Source: an uncultured Actinomycetes bacterium
GTDB lineage: Bacteria; Actinomycetota; Thermoleophilia; UBA2241
Reading direction: 5' to 3'
DNA: 64,000 nucleotides
Assembly: GCA_963709345.1 (NCBI GenBank)
Contig: CAVPVX010000010.1
Location: 96,001-160,000, forward strand
Below are positions 19,236-28,308 of the stretch, piece by piece (the stretch's first letter is position 1; every line of letters begins with the position of its first letter). The notes beneath the pieces are model-generated. The model was given only the letters and a program-made list of their open reading frames with translations, ran no database searches and was not told the DNA's origin. The translations under genes were made by a program, and so were the position numbers.

Positions 19236-20395
19236 TGTCTGCCGCCGGCGCAACGACGCTCAACCCCGCCTTCGCCGCCAAGCTCGAGCAGCGCAGGGCA
19301 GAGCGGCGCCCGGATGGCCCGGCCGCGCGGCGTCCGGAGGCGTCCGACCGGCGCCCGTGCGTGCTGGTCGTCGACGACGAGCTTGAAATCACGCGTTCGG
19401 TGGCTGAGTTGCTCGAACGCGACTACGACGTGCTCACGGCCAATTCCGCCGACGAGGCGCTGACGTTGCTCGAGGACAATGAGGTCGCCGTGGTCCTCAC
19501 CGACCAGCGCATGCCCGGCGGCAGCGGCTCCGAGCTGCTCGCCCGCTCGCTGGACATCGCCCCCGAGACGACGCGCATCCTCTTCACCGGCTACTCGGAC
19601 ATCAGCGCCGTGATCGAGGCGGTCAACGAGGGCCAGGTGTACCGGTACGTCACCAAGCCGTGGCTGCCGGAGGAATTGCAGGGGGTGCTGCACCAAGGCC
19701 TCGAGCGCTACCGGCTCGTGGTCGAGAACCACCGTCTGCTCGAGGAGCTCACGACGGCGAACGAGGACCTGGAGCGCAGGGTCGAGGAGAGGACCAGCAA
19801 GCTGCGCGAGCAGAACGAGGCTCTCCGGCGCGCGCGCCAGCGCATCGAAGAGCTGTCACGACGAGACTCGCTCACGGGTCTCACCAACCGGCGCTGGCTG
19901 GACGAGGTATTCCGCGTCGAAGTGGAGCGCAGCAAGAGGTACGACGCGCCGCTCTCGGTGGTCATGGTCGATCTGGATCACTTCAAGGCGGTCAACGATT
20001 CGTTCGGCCACACGGTGGGTGACCAGGTCCTGAGGTCGGCGGCGGACGCGCTCGCGGGTGCGGCACGGATGACCGATGTGGTCGGCCGCTACGGGGGCGA
20101 GGAGTTCTTGGCGCTCCTCCCCAACACGCGTATCGAGCAGGCACGGGTGCTGGCCGAGCGCCTGCGCGCTGCGCTGCGCGAGATGCCCGTCGCCTTCCGC
20201 CCGGAGCCGGTGACGGCCAGCTTCGGCGTGGCTCAGTGGGCTCCGGGAGATTCACCGACTGACGTCGTCGACCGTGCCGACGAGGCTTTGTATGAAGCCA
20301 AGCACGCCGGCCGCGATCGCGTCGTCAGTCGCGACGCCGAGCGGGCCGGACGATCCGATCGTGAAGGCCGGGATGAGGGGAGCGACGATGGGTGA
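19235..20395 (+). CDS. Receiver-diguanylate cyclase
   Basis: REC domain, coiled coil, DSLTGL, DLDHFK and GRYGGEEF. Confidence 0.92.
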   Translation: MSAAGATTLNPAFAAKLEQRRAERRPDGPAARRPEASDRRPCVLVVDDELEITRSVAELLERDYDVLTANSADEALTLLEDNEVAVVLTDQRMPGGSGSELLARSLDIAPETTRILFTGYSDISAVIEAVNEGQVYRYVTKPWLPEELQGVLHQGLERYRLVVENHRLLEELTTANEDLERRVEERTSKLREQNEALRRARQRIEELSRRDSLTGLTNRRWLDEVFRVEVERSKRYDAPLSVVMVDLDHFKAVNDSFGHTVGDQVLRSAADALAGAARMTDVVGRYGGEEFLALLPNTRIEQARVLAERLRAALREMPVAFRPEPVTASFGVAQWAPGDSPTDVVDRADEALYEAKHAGRDRVVSRDAERAGRSDREGRDEGSDDG

Positions 20396-20789
20396 CGTGA
20401 CACTGGACGATGTTCTCAGAGACAACCACGACGCGATACTCGCGGCCGCGCAGGCGCGCATGCGCGGCGACGAGACGATGGGCAAGGTGGCGGCGCAGCG
20501 GGAACTCACCGAGAGTGATCTCTCGAGCCAGGTACTCGGCTTCTGGCTGCAGGGCATCCGCAGCGACGTGACGCTCGGGTCTACGGTGACCATGGCTCAG
20601 AATCTCCAGTGGCTGTCACACCTGCGCAGCGGGCACGAGCTGCCCTTCGACGACCAGATGGTCCAGGGGATGTTCGACGACATCTCCGAAGAGATCGAGG
20701 CGCATCTCGACTCCGCTGAGCTGCGCAGGGAGTGGGAGACGTACAGGGCACAGGTCGCGTGCCTCATCGGCGACGCCTTTCCCCAGTGA
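20388..20789 (+). CDS. Small all-helical hypothetical protein (possibly RsbRD-N/globin-like)
   Basis: Coupled to its neighbours, GAGGGGAG RBS, GC3-biased codons; fold assignment is a guess. Confidence 0.55.
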   Translation: MGDVTLDDVLRDNHDAILAAAQARMRGDETMGKVAAQRELTESDLSSQVLGFWLQGIRSDVTLGSTVTMAQNLQWLSHLRSGHELPFDDQMVQGMFDDISEEIEAHLDSAELRREWETYRAQVACLIGDAFPQ

Positions 20790-20802
20790 TCGGAGGCCGG
20801 GA

Positions 20803-21435
20803 ATGAAACTCCAGGAGTACGTGGACCACCTGCTCGCCGGTGAGGACGACGCCTGTGTGGCTGAGGGCAAGCAGCGTGCCGGCGACCTCGACGGCCTGCA
20901 CGCGCTGTACGTCGAGGTCATCCAGCCGTCGCAGTATCGTGTCGGCGAGCTCTGGGAGAGCGGTCGCATCTCGGTCGCGGCCGAGCACCTCGCCACGGCC
21001 ACCAACAGCTTTGTTGCCAGCACCTGCTACGCGCCGCTGGCGCGGGCGACGAGCGGCGGCCCCAAGGCATTCGTCGCTTGCACACCCGAGGAGATGCACG
21101 AGCTCGGCGCGCGGCTGTTCGCCGACCTGCTTGAGTGCGACGGCTGGGACGTCGACTTCTACGGGACGTCCATGCCCGTGCGCGACCTGATCGGCGCCAT
21201 CCGGGAGCGCAAGCCGCGCTTCGTCGGGCTCTCGGCTGCACTGGTGATGCACCTCGGGAGCGTCAAGCGCACCATCACGGCCATCCGTGACGCGCTCGGC
21301 GTCGAGACGCCGCCGATCGTCGTCGGCGGCAATGCCTTCAGCGCCGACCCCGACCTGTGGAAGCAGGTGGGCGCCGACCTCTACGCGGCCGACGCCTCGA
21401 CCGCGGTCGAGATGCTGCGTGGCCTCAAGGAGTGA
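20803..21435 (+). CDS. Stand-alone cobalamin-binding protein (CarH/AerR-like, no DNA-binding domain)
   Basis: VGELWESGRISVAAEH (W-x9-EH), EMHELGA (ExHxxG), VGLS and VVGG. Confidence 0.88.
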   Translation: MKLQEYVDHLLAGEDDACVAEGKQRAGDLDGLHALYVEVIQPSQYRVGELWESGRISVAAEHLATATNSFVASTCYAPLARATSGGPKAFVACTPEEMHELGARLFADLLECDGWDVDFYGTSMPVRDLIGAIRERKPRFVGLSAALVMHLGSVKRTITAIRDALGVETPPIVVGGNAFSADPDLWKQVGADLYAADASTAVEMLRGLKE

Positions 21436-21467
21436 TCGGTCGGCTGCCGGGTGGGTCCGGCGACCCG

Positions 21468-22820
21468 CTACCGCGCCAGCTCCACACGATTTCGGCCGCC
21501 CTCCTTGGCGCGGTAGAGGGCCTCGTCCGCCAGCTTGATGAGGCCGTCCTCCTGTGCGACGTTCTGGCTCGGATAGGCGGCCCCGCCGCCGCTGAGCGTG
21601 ACGCGCACGGTCTTCTCGCCGTCGGCGACGGAACTGTCTTCGACGGCCTTGCGCAGCCGCTCGCCCATGTGCCGCAGATCCGCGGTGGATGCCGCCGGCA
21701 TCACCGCGAGGAGCTCCTCACCGCCGTAGCGCAGGAGCACGTCTCCCTCACGCAGTGATGAACGGACGATCGCGCACACCGATTTGAGGACCCTGTCGCC
21801 GACGAGGTGCCCGTAGGTGTCGTTCACGACCTTGAAGTGGTCGATGTCGAGCATGAGCACGCCGAGGGGGGAGGTCATGCGCACGGCGCGGCCGAACTCC
21901 TCGTGCAGCCTCCCCAGGCCGAAGCGCCGGTTGTAGATGCCCGTGAGCGGGTCGAGGGCGGCGAGATTCTGCAGGCGGTCGTGGGCGATGGCGTTGTTGA
22001 GCGCCAGTCCGAAACCCTGGATGAAGAGGTCGATGAGGTCGCTCTGATCGGCGGTGAAGGCACGTGGGCCGGCGAGCACGACGACGCCGAGCGGAACGCT
22101 CTTGTACCTGACGGGGTGGACGCGTACCTCGGCCGGGCGGAAGTCCGCGACGACGCCCTCGAGGAGCACATCCTCGGGGATCATGATCGTCTGGGAGCGG
22201 CCGCTGCGCACGGCGTCGTCGACGTGGCCACTCGCCGCGACTGCTGCCGCGTCGCGCAGCCCGCGCGAGGCGGCCACGTTCAGCTCGCCGGCCGCCTCGT
22301 AGAGGATCAATCCTCCGGCAGCCCCGGTGTGTTCGAAGAACTGGCGAAGCGCCTCTTCGGCCAGCGTCTCGATCTCCAGCTGGCTGGTCATCATCTCCGA
22401 GAAGGCACGCACCGCTCCCTGGGTCCTCATCGACGCCGACAGGGCCTCCACGAGCCGGTTGAAGGCAAGCGCGCTCTCGCCGATCTCGTCCTCGGAGTCG
22501 ACGACGATCTCGCAGGCCTCAGGCGTGCAGGCGGACACGTCTCCGCTCGAAGTCATGCCTTCCAGGCTCTGCTCCACGTGGGTCATGCGTTCGGCCAGGG
22601 TTCGCAGACGCTTGCCGACGACGCGGCGCGAGATGGCGTAGTTCACGACGCCGGCCAAGGCTCCGGCGAAGAGGCACGCGGCGAAGAACAGCGGCGTCAG
22701 CGCGGTCTCCTGCGGCACCCCGAGCAGCATGACGAAGAAGGGGAACGCAAGCCCGATGCAGAGGCCGAAGCCGATCTGCCAGATTGCGAGGTCGTGGAAG
22801 ACCTTGCGAGTGATGCGCAT
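21468..22820 (-). CDS. Membrane diguanylate cyclase (2 TM, HAMP-like, GAF, GGDEF)
   Basis: Two N-terminal TM helices, DEIG, DPLTG, DIDHFK and RYGGEEL. Confidence 0.88.
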   Translation of the reverse strand: MRITRKVFHDLAIWQIGFGLCIGLAFPFFVMLLGVPQETALTPLFFAACLFAGALAGVVNYAISRRVVGKRLRTLAERMTHVEQSLEGMTSSGDVSACTPEACEIVVDSEDEIGESALAFNRLVEALSASMRTQGAVRAFSEMMTSQLEIETLAEEALRQFFEHTGAAGGLILYEAAGELNVAASRGLRDAAAVAASGHVDDAVRSGRSQTIMIPEDVLLEGVVADFRPAEVRVHPVRYKSVPLGVVVLAGPRAFTADQSDLIDLFIQGFGLALNNAIAHDRLQNLAALDPLTGIYNRRFGLGRLHEEFGRAVRMTSPLGVLMLDIDHFKVVNDTYGHLVGDRVLKSVCAIVRSSLREGDVLLRYGGEELLAVMPAASTADLRHMGERLRKAVEDSSVADGEKTVRVTLSGGGAAYPSQNVAQEDGLIKLADEALYRAKEGGRNRVELAR

Positions 22821-23016
22821 CGGGCGCCTCCCAGGTTGCGGCCGCGGTCACGTGCACTGTACCCACGCCGCCGCGCGGTATTCCACGTCGTGATGACGGC
22901 GACAGGGCCGGCGATACGGCCCCTCATCATTCTCCGGGGCCGGCCTGCTATCCTTGCGGCGGGCGGGGCCCGGAGGGCCGCTCCCGCCCCACGCGCCGTC
23001 GTCAACGGGAGACCAC

Positions 23017-24252
23017 ATGCCCGACCAGCCATACGAAGACGTCCAGATCGAGGGCCACCTCATCGACTCTCTCATGATGCCGCAGACGATGGACGAGATC
23101 ATGGACCTCGAGGGCGAGTACGAGGTACTGACCTTCGACGTTGGGCGCGTGAAGGATGACCCGTCTCACGCCGTGCTGCGGATCTTCGGCCGCGACGCCG
23201 CTCACCTGGACGAGCTGCTCAGGGCGGTCACGAAGTTCGGCATGTGCGCCTTGCAGCCCCACGATGCCGTGCTCGAGGCCGCCGACATCGACGGCGTCTT
23301 CCCCGACACCTTCTATTCCACCACCAACCTCGACACCTTCGTCCGCGTGGCCGGAGACTGGGTGCGGGTGCAGCATCCCGAGATGGACTGCGGCATCCGC
23401 GTGGACGAGGCGGCCGGCGCGGCCGAGACGGTGGTGATGAGCGACGTGCGGGCCGGCGACCGCTTCGTCACCGGCCATCGCGGCATCCGCGTGCTGCCGC
23501 TGGCGCGGCCACGTGAGAGCCAGCCGTTCGAGTTCATGGCCTCGGCGGTCAGCAGCGAGAAGCCCAAGGCGCAGATCGTCCACGAGGTCGCGCACATCCT
23601 CCGGCAGGTCAAGGAGGAGGGGCGGCTCACCATAGCCGTGGTCGGGCCGGCGGTCGTGCACACGGGGGCGGCGCCGAGCCTCGCCCGCCTCATCGAGGCG
23701 GGCTACATCGGCGCGGTCTTCGGCGGGAATGCCGTGGCCACCCACGACGTCGAGTCGAGCCTGTTCGGCACCTCCCTGGGCATCAACCTCAAGGAGGGGA
23801 CGCCGGTGCCCGGCGGCCACGAGCACCACCTGCGCGCCATCAACACCATCCGGCGCGCCGGGAGCATACGGGCCGCCGTCGACCAGGGCATCCTGACCGG
23901 CGGCCTCATGTACACGCTCACGAAGACCGGCACGCCCTTCGTCCTCGCGGGGAGCATCCGCGACGACGGCCCGATGCCCGAGGTGGTCACCGACGTCATG
24001 CAGGCGCAGCACGAGATGCGGCGCTACGCGCAGCAGGCCGGCGCCTGCCTCATGCTGAGCACGATGCTGCACAGCATAGCCGTAGGCAACATGCTGCCGG
24101 CCAGCGTGCGCACCGTCTGCGCCGACATCAACCCCGCGGTCGTGACGAAGCTGGCCGACCGTGGTTCCTTCCAGGCCATCGGCATCGTCACCGATGTCGG
24201 CCTGTTCGTGGAGCAACTCGCCGACGAGCTGGACGGCGCCGGCGGCCGATGA
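23017..24252 (+). CDS. TIGR00300 family protein (ArgZ/AgrE-type ornithine cyclodeaminase-like)
   Basis: EGHLIDS, FYSTTN, EMDC, FEFM, VSSEK, AGSIRDDGP and LHSIAVGNMLP. Confidence 0.85.
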   Translation: MPDQPYEDVQIEGHLIDSLMMPQTMDEIMDLEGEYEVLTFDVGRVKDDPSHAVLRIFGRDAAHLDELLRAVTKFGMCALQPHDAVLEAADIDGVFPDTFYSTTNLDTFVRVAGDWVRVQHPEMDCGIRVDEAAGAAETVVMSDVRAGDRFVTGHRGIRVLPLARPRESQPFEFMASAVSSEKPKAQIVHEVAHILRQVKEEGRLTIAVVGPAVVHTGAAPSLARLIEAGYIGAVFGGNAVATHDVESSLFGTSLGINLKEGTPVPGGHEHHLRAINTIRRAGSIRAAVDQGILTGGLMYTLTKTGTPFVLAGSIRDDGPMPEVVTDVMQAQHEMRRYAQQAGACLMLSTMLHSIAVGNMLPASVRTVCADINPAVVTKLADRGSFQAIGIVTDVGLFVEQLADELDGAGGR

Positions 24253-24299
24253 AGCCGACACGCCGGCCGCCGCACGCGGACGGGGCGGCGGGAAGCCCT

Positions 24300-24564
24300 T
24301 CCGGGCCGCCGACAACGGCCCGGTGCCGGCGAGCGTCCCGTCTATGCCTGCCGCCGCGACCGCTTCGGAGTGCACGGACAGCTCCGCGCCGTCCGCGAGC
24401 GCGTCGGCCACGGTGCCGTCGCACGTCCTCGCTTCCAGCGTCGCGGGGCTCTCCGCGCCGCCGCCTTCCTCTTCGCTTCCGCAGGTGGTGACGGCGACCG
24501 CGGAGCCGAGCACGAGCACGGCGATGAAGACGAGCCAGTGCACCACCCCTCGCGATTCCTTCAT
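24300..24564 (-). pseudogene. Truncated fasciclin (FAS1)-like secreted/lipoprotein remnant
   Basis: Signal/lipobox-like start, then TVADALADGAELSVHSEAVAAAGIDGTLAGTGP, matching the FAS1 N-terminus; breaks off where FTVFAP is expected. Confidence 0.45.
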
Positions 24565-24741
24565 GCCGACCTTCGCTCTCTGGCTTTCCCTGGCCGTTGC
24601 GTGGCGCTACTTGCCGCACCAGGAAGGGAGCCCATCGGGCGGTTGTGAGGGTTCGGTGAGCGCTCGGTCAGCGGATGGCGGAGCTTCGGTGAGGGCGCTG
24701 CGAAGAAGACGCCGGGGTGGCGGCGGAGCCGGCCCGCGGGT

Positions 24742-25164
24742 TCAGGGCAGCTCAGGCAAGCCATCCTCGCCGATGGTCCAGAAGGGGTTGAAGGCGACTT
24801 CCCAGGCGTGGCCGTCCGGATCCGCGAAGTACCCGGAGTAGCCACCCCAGAACCGGTCCCGGGCCGGCCGCAGCAGCGTCTCGCCGGCCCGTGCCGCCTC
24901 GTCCAGACACTCGTCGACGAGCTCGCGGCTCTCGACGTTCATCGCCAGGGTCGCACGGATGGAGCCGGGAGCCGCCGCCGGCTGCCCGGCCTCATCGGCG
25001 AGGCCCTCAAGCGCGTCGAGCGCCAGCCGCGACCCGGCGGTGCGGAAGAAGGCGACCTGGTCCTCCGGCTCGCCGCTGAGCGGCCAGCCGAGCGCCCGGT
25101 AGAAGGCTCGCGCTCTGGGTACGTCTGCAACGCCCAGAGTGATCACGCTGATCCGTGCCCGCAT
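24742..25164 (-). CDS. VOC/glyoxalase family protein
   Basis: ISVITLGVADV..ARAFY and FWGGYSGYFADPDGHAWEVA. Confidence 0.88.
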   Translation of the reverse strand: MRARISVITLGVADVPRARAFYRALGWPLSGEPEDQVAFFRTAGSRLALDALEGLADEAGQPAAAPGSIRATLAMNVESRELVDECLDEAARAGETLLRPARDRFWGGYSGYFADPDGHAWEVAFNPFWTIGEDGLPELP

Positions 25165-25334
25165 GGCTCTCGCTCCTTGTTCGCACGGTCGGGCGGCGAG
25201 ACCGGCCGCCACCACCCGACCGTCTGTCCAACCGTACTCCGCGATTTCCCCCATCCGACAGGCGTCGTGGCCGGCCTCGTGGATATACTCCAAGTGATGC
25301 ACTTCCACAGTCCGCGACCTCATCGAGGGACACT

Positions 25335-26546
25335 ATGAAGCCACGTCTCATCCGCGACAACGTCCATCTCATCGGCAGCGTCGATTGGGACCGCCGCCTC
25401 TTCGATGCGCTCATTCCGCTGCCCGACGGCACCAGCTACAACTCGTACTTCGTCGTCGGCAGCGAGAAGAACGCGCTGATCGACACCGTCGACCCGGCCA
25501 AGTGGCCGGAGCTCTCCGCCCAGCTCGACGAGCTGCCGGCGCCGGACTACCTCGTGATCCATCACGTCGAGCAGGACCACTCGGGCTCGACGCCGATGCT
25601 CCTCGAGCGCTTCCCGGACCTCACGATCGTCTGCAACCAGAAGGCGAAGGGCATGCTCATCGACCACCTGCACGTGGACGACGCCCGCTTCCACGTGGTC
25701 GCCGACGGCGACGAGCTCTCGCTCGGCGACAAGACGCTGAAGTTCCTGTTCACGCCGTGGGTCCACTGGCCCGAGACGATGAGCACGTGGCTGGCCGAGA
25801 GCAAGATGCTCTTCAGCTGCGACTTCTTCGGCTCGCACTACGCCACCAGCGACGTCTTTGCCGACAAGCACGAGGTGTACGACGGCGCCAAGCGCTACTA
25901 CGCCGAGATCATGATGCCGTTCGGCGCCCAGGTGCTCAAGAACATCGACAAGGTCACGCAGTATCCCATCGAGATCGTCGCGCCGAGCCACGGCCCCGTG
26001 TACGACGACCCCGGCTTCATCATCGAGGCGTACCGCGACTGGGCGGGCGGAGAGCCGCAGAACATCGTCTGCCTCCCGTACGTGACCATGCACGACAGCA
26101 CGCGGCTGATGGTGGACCATCTCACGGCCGCGCTCACCGATCGCAGCGTCTCCGTAGAGCGCTTCGACCTCACCACGCTCGATGCCGGCGAGCTCGCCAG
26201 CTCGCTGGTCCACGCCGGCACCATCGTGATCGGCACGCCGACGGTGCTCACCGGGCCGCACCCGCTGGCGATGTACGCGGCCGCGCTGGCGAACGCCCTG
26301 CGGCCGCGCGCCAAGTTCGCGACGGTGGTCGGCTCGTACGGCTGGGCCGGCAAGACCGTCGAGACGCTGGTGGGGATGATGCCCAAGCTCAAGCTCGAGT
26401 ACCTCGAGCCGGTACTCGCCAAGGGCATGCCTCGGGCTGGGGACTACGCGCGCCTCGACGCGCTCGCGGACACCATTGCCGAGAAGCACAAGGACTTGGC
26501 GCCGCGTAACTTCGCCGACCTCACCGTTTGTCGCACCGACTTCTGA
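25335..26546 (+). CDS. fprA: Flavodiiron (A-type flavoprotein) O2/NO reductase
   Basis: GTSYNSY, HVEQDHSG, HWPE, SCDFFG, PSHG and flavodoxin GSYGW. Confidence 0.92.
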   Translation: MKPRLIRDNVHLIGSVDWDRRLFDALIPLPDGTSYNSYFVVGSEKNALIDTVDPAKWPELSAQLDELPAPDYLVIHHVEQDHSGSTPMLLERFPDLTIVCNQKAKGMLIDHLHVDDARFHVVADGDELSLGDKTLKFLFTPWVHWPETMSTWLAESKMLFSCDFFGSHYATSDVFADKHEVYDGAKRYYAEIMMPFGAQVLKNIDKVTQYPIEIVAPSHGPVYDDPGFIIEAYRDWAGGEPQNIVCLPYVTMHDSTRLMVDHLTAALTDRSVSVERFDLTTLDAGELASSLVHAGTIVIGTPTVLTGPHPLAMYAAALANALRPRAKFATVVGSYGWAGKTVETLVGMMPKLKLEYLEPVLAKGMPRAGDYARLDALADTIAEKHKDLAPRNFADLTVCRTDF

Positions 26547-26669
26547 CGGGCGGCGGCGGCAGCTGACGGATCGCAGAGGGGCGCGCCGGCCGAAGAGCTC
26601 GGCGCGCCTCTTCATGCTGTGGTCTGCCTGCCGGGACGGAATGGCCGAGTAGTCTAGTAGAGTATCCGC

Positions 26670-27539
26670 ATGCTCACCGTCGCATCCGGTCTCGCGTCGG
26701 CTCTTGGCTACGCCGTCCACGACTACCTGCTCGTACGCATCGTCCGCGCGGCCTCTCTGTGGACGGCGCTCCTGTGGGTGATGCTGGTCGGTGTCGCGAT
26801 ACTGCTGCCGCTCGCGCTCGTCATCGACGGGCTGCCCAGCGGCGACGAGCAGTGGCGCGCAGCCGGGTTTGCGGCGGCCAGCGGCGTGCTCGAGTTCCTG
26901 GGGCTGGGCGCGCTCCTCAAGGGGCTGGCCACTGGCGATCTCTCGGTTGTCACGCCCCTGGGGTCGCTTGCCGGCGGGTTCGCCGCAGTGGCCGCCATCG
27001 CGCTCGGCGAGACATTGCCGCCGATCGCCTGGATCGGACTCCCGCTGGCGGTCGCCGGCGGGTTGTTGGCCTCGATCGAGCGCGCGCCGGAGAGCGCCTT
27101 GGGTGTGCGGCGCCGGACCCGGGCCACGGCCGGCGCCGGCTGGGCGCTGCTCTCCGCTGTCCTGTTCGCGGGCGCGCTTCTCTTCTTCGCCGAGGCCACG
27201 GCGCTGCCGCCCGTCTCTCTCGCCGCGGTCGGAAAAGTCGCCACCTGCTTCATCGTCGTTCCGGTGGCCCTGTTCACGGGCGGCCTTGTGCTGCCGCGCG
27301 AGTTCCGCCGGCGGGCGACCGTCGCCGGCGTGGTCGACGCCGGCGCGTTCGTCGCACTGGCGCTCGCGGTCAGCCTGGGGCCGGTGGCGATCGCAGCCGT
27401 CACTGTTGCCCAGGCCGGGACCTGGGCGGTCGTTATCGGGCTCGTCGTGCTGCACGAGCGACTGAGCCGGGTTCAGTTGGTGGGCGTCGTCCTCACGTGC
27501 GTGGCCGTCACGATGCTGGCCGCGGCGGGGCTCGAGTAG
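26670..27539 (+). CDS. DMT/EamA family transporter
   Basis: About 10 TM segments; GDLSVVTP and LHERLSRVQLVG. Confidence 0.8.
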   Translation: MLTVASGLASALGYAVHDYLLVRIVRAASLWTALLWVMLVGVAILLPLALVIDGLPSGDEQWRAAGFAAASGVLEFLGLGALLKGLATGDLSVVTPLGSLAGGFAAVAAIALGETLPPIAWIGLPLAVAGGLLASIERAPESALGVRRRTRATAGAGWALLSAVLFAGALLFFAEATALPPVSLAAVGKVATCFIVVPVALFTGGLVLPREFRRRATVAGVVDAGAFVALALAVSLGPVAIAAVTVAQAGTWAVVIGLVVLHERLSRVQLVGVVLTCVAVTMLAAAGLE

Positions 27540-27569
27540 CGGCTCCGCCCGGGCGCATCCGGCCGGCGA

Positions 27570-27720
27570 CGCTCGGCACGTCACGCTCCCGCGGGTAGCC
27601 CTCTGCTGTCTCCACGAGCCCGGCGCGCTCGAGCGGCCATCCGTGTCCGGGGTACACGACGTCGACGTCGAGCATGCGCAAGACCTCAACCGTCCCCAGG
27701 CAGGCCGTCTCGCTCGAGCC
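27570..27720 (-). pseudogene. C-terminal remnant of an MBL-fold hydrolase
   Basis: VEVLRMLDVDVVYPGHGWP matches the terminal PGHG motif; no N-terminal HxHxDH. Confidence 0.4.
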
Positions 27721-27734
27721 GGGCCGCGGCCGCC

Positions 27735-28234
27735 GGCTGATGGCGTCACTGGAGAAGCTGCCGAAGGAGACAGTGCTCGGGCTGGAAGACGGCGCTTCCG
27801 GTTCTTCGGCTCCGGCCGGCCGGGCGCGCTGCCACCGCCGGCTGGGCACTGCTCTCAGCGGCGCTCTTCGCGATCACCATGCTGCTCCTCGTCGAGGCGA
27901 GTGCACTGCCCCCGGTGGGGCTCGCCGCCTACGGCCGCCTCGGCACGATGGTGGTGCTCGTCCCAGTGACGCTCCTGCTCGCCGGCCTGAGACTGCCGCG
28001 TGCCCTGGTGCGCCGGGCGGCGTTTGCGGGGGTCTTCGATGCCGCTGCGTTTCTGGCGCTTGCAGCGGCGATCACCATCGGCCCCATCGCTGTCGCCTCG
28101 GTGGTGGTCTCGCAAGAAGCGGCACCATGGCGGCGCTGCTCGGGCTGTTCGTTCTGCGCGAGCGGCTCTCGCGCGTGCAGATCGTGGGTGTGGCGCTCAC
28201 GTGCGTGGCGGTGGCACTGCTCGCGGTCGGGTGA
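27735..28234 (+). pseudogene. 5'-truncated, frameshifted EamA paralogue
   Basis: LMASLEK..AGWALLSAALF..LPPVGLAA..LRERLSRVQIVGVALTCVAV parallels the C-half of 26670..27539 across several frames. Confidence 0.7.
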
Positions 28235-28308
28235 CAGCGTCCGTCGTGCGTGACATGTAGCGGCATGACGCCTTGAAAAGGCCCCGTCTCAGGTATCCCC
28301 GAGCTCCG

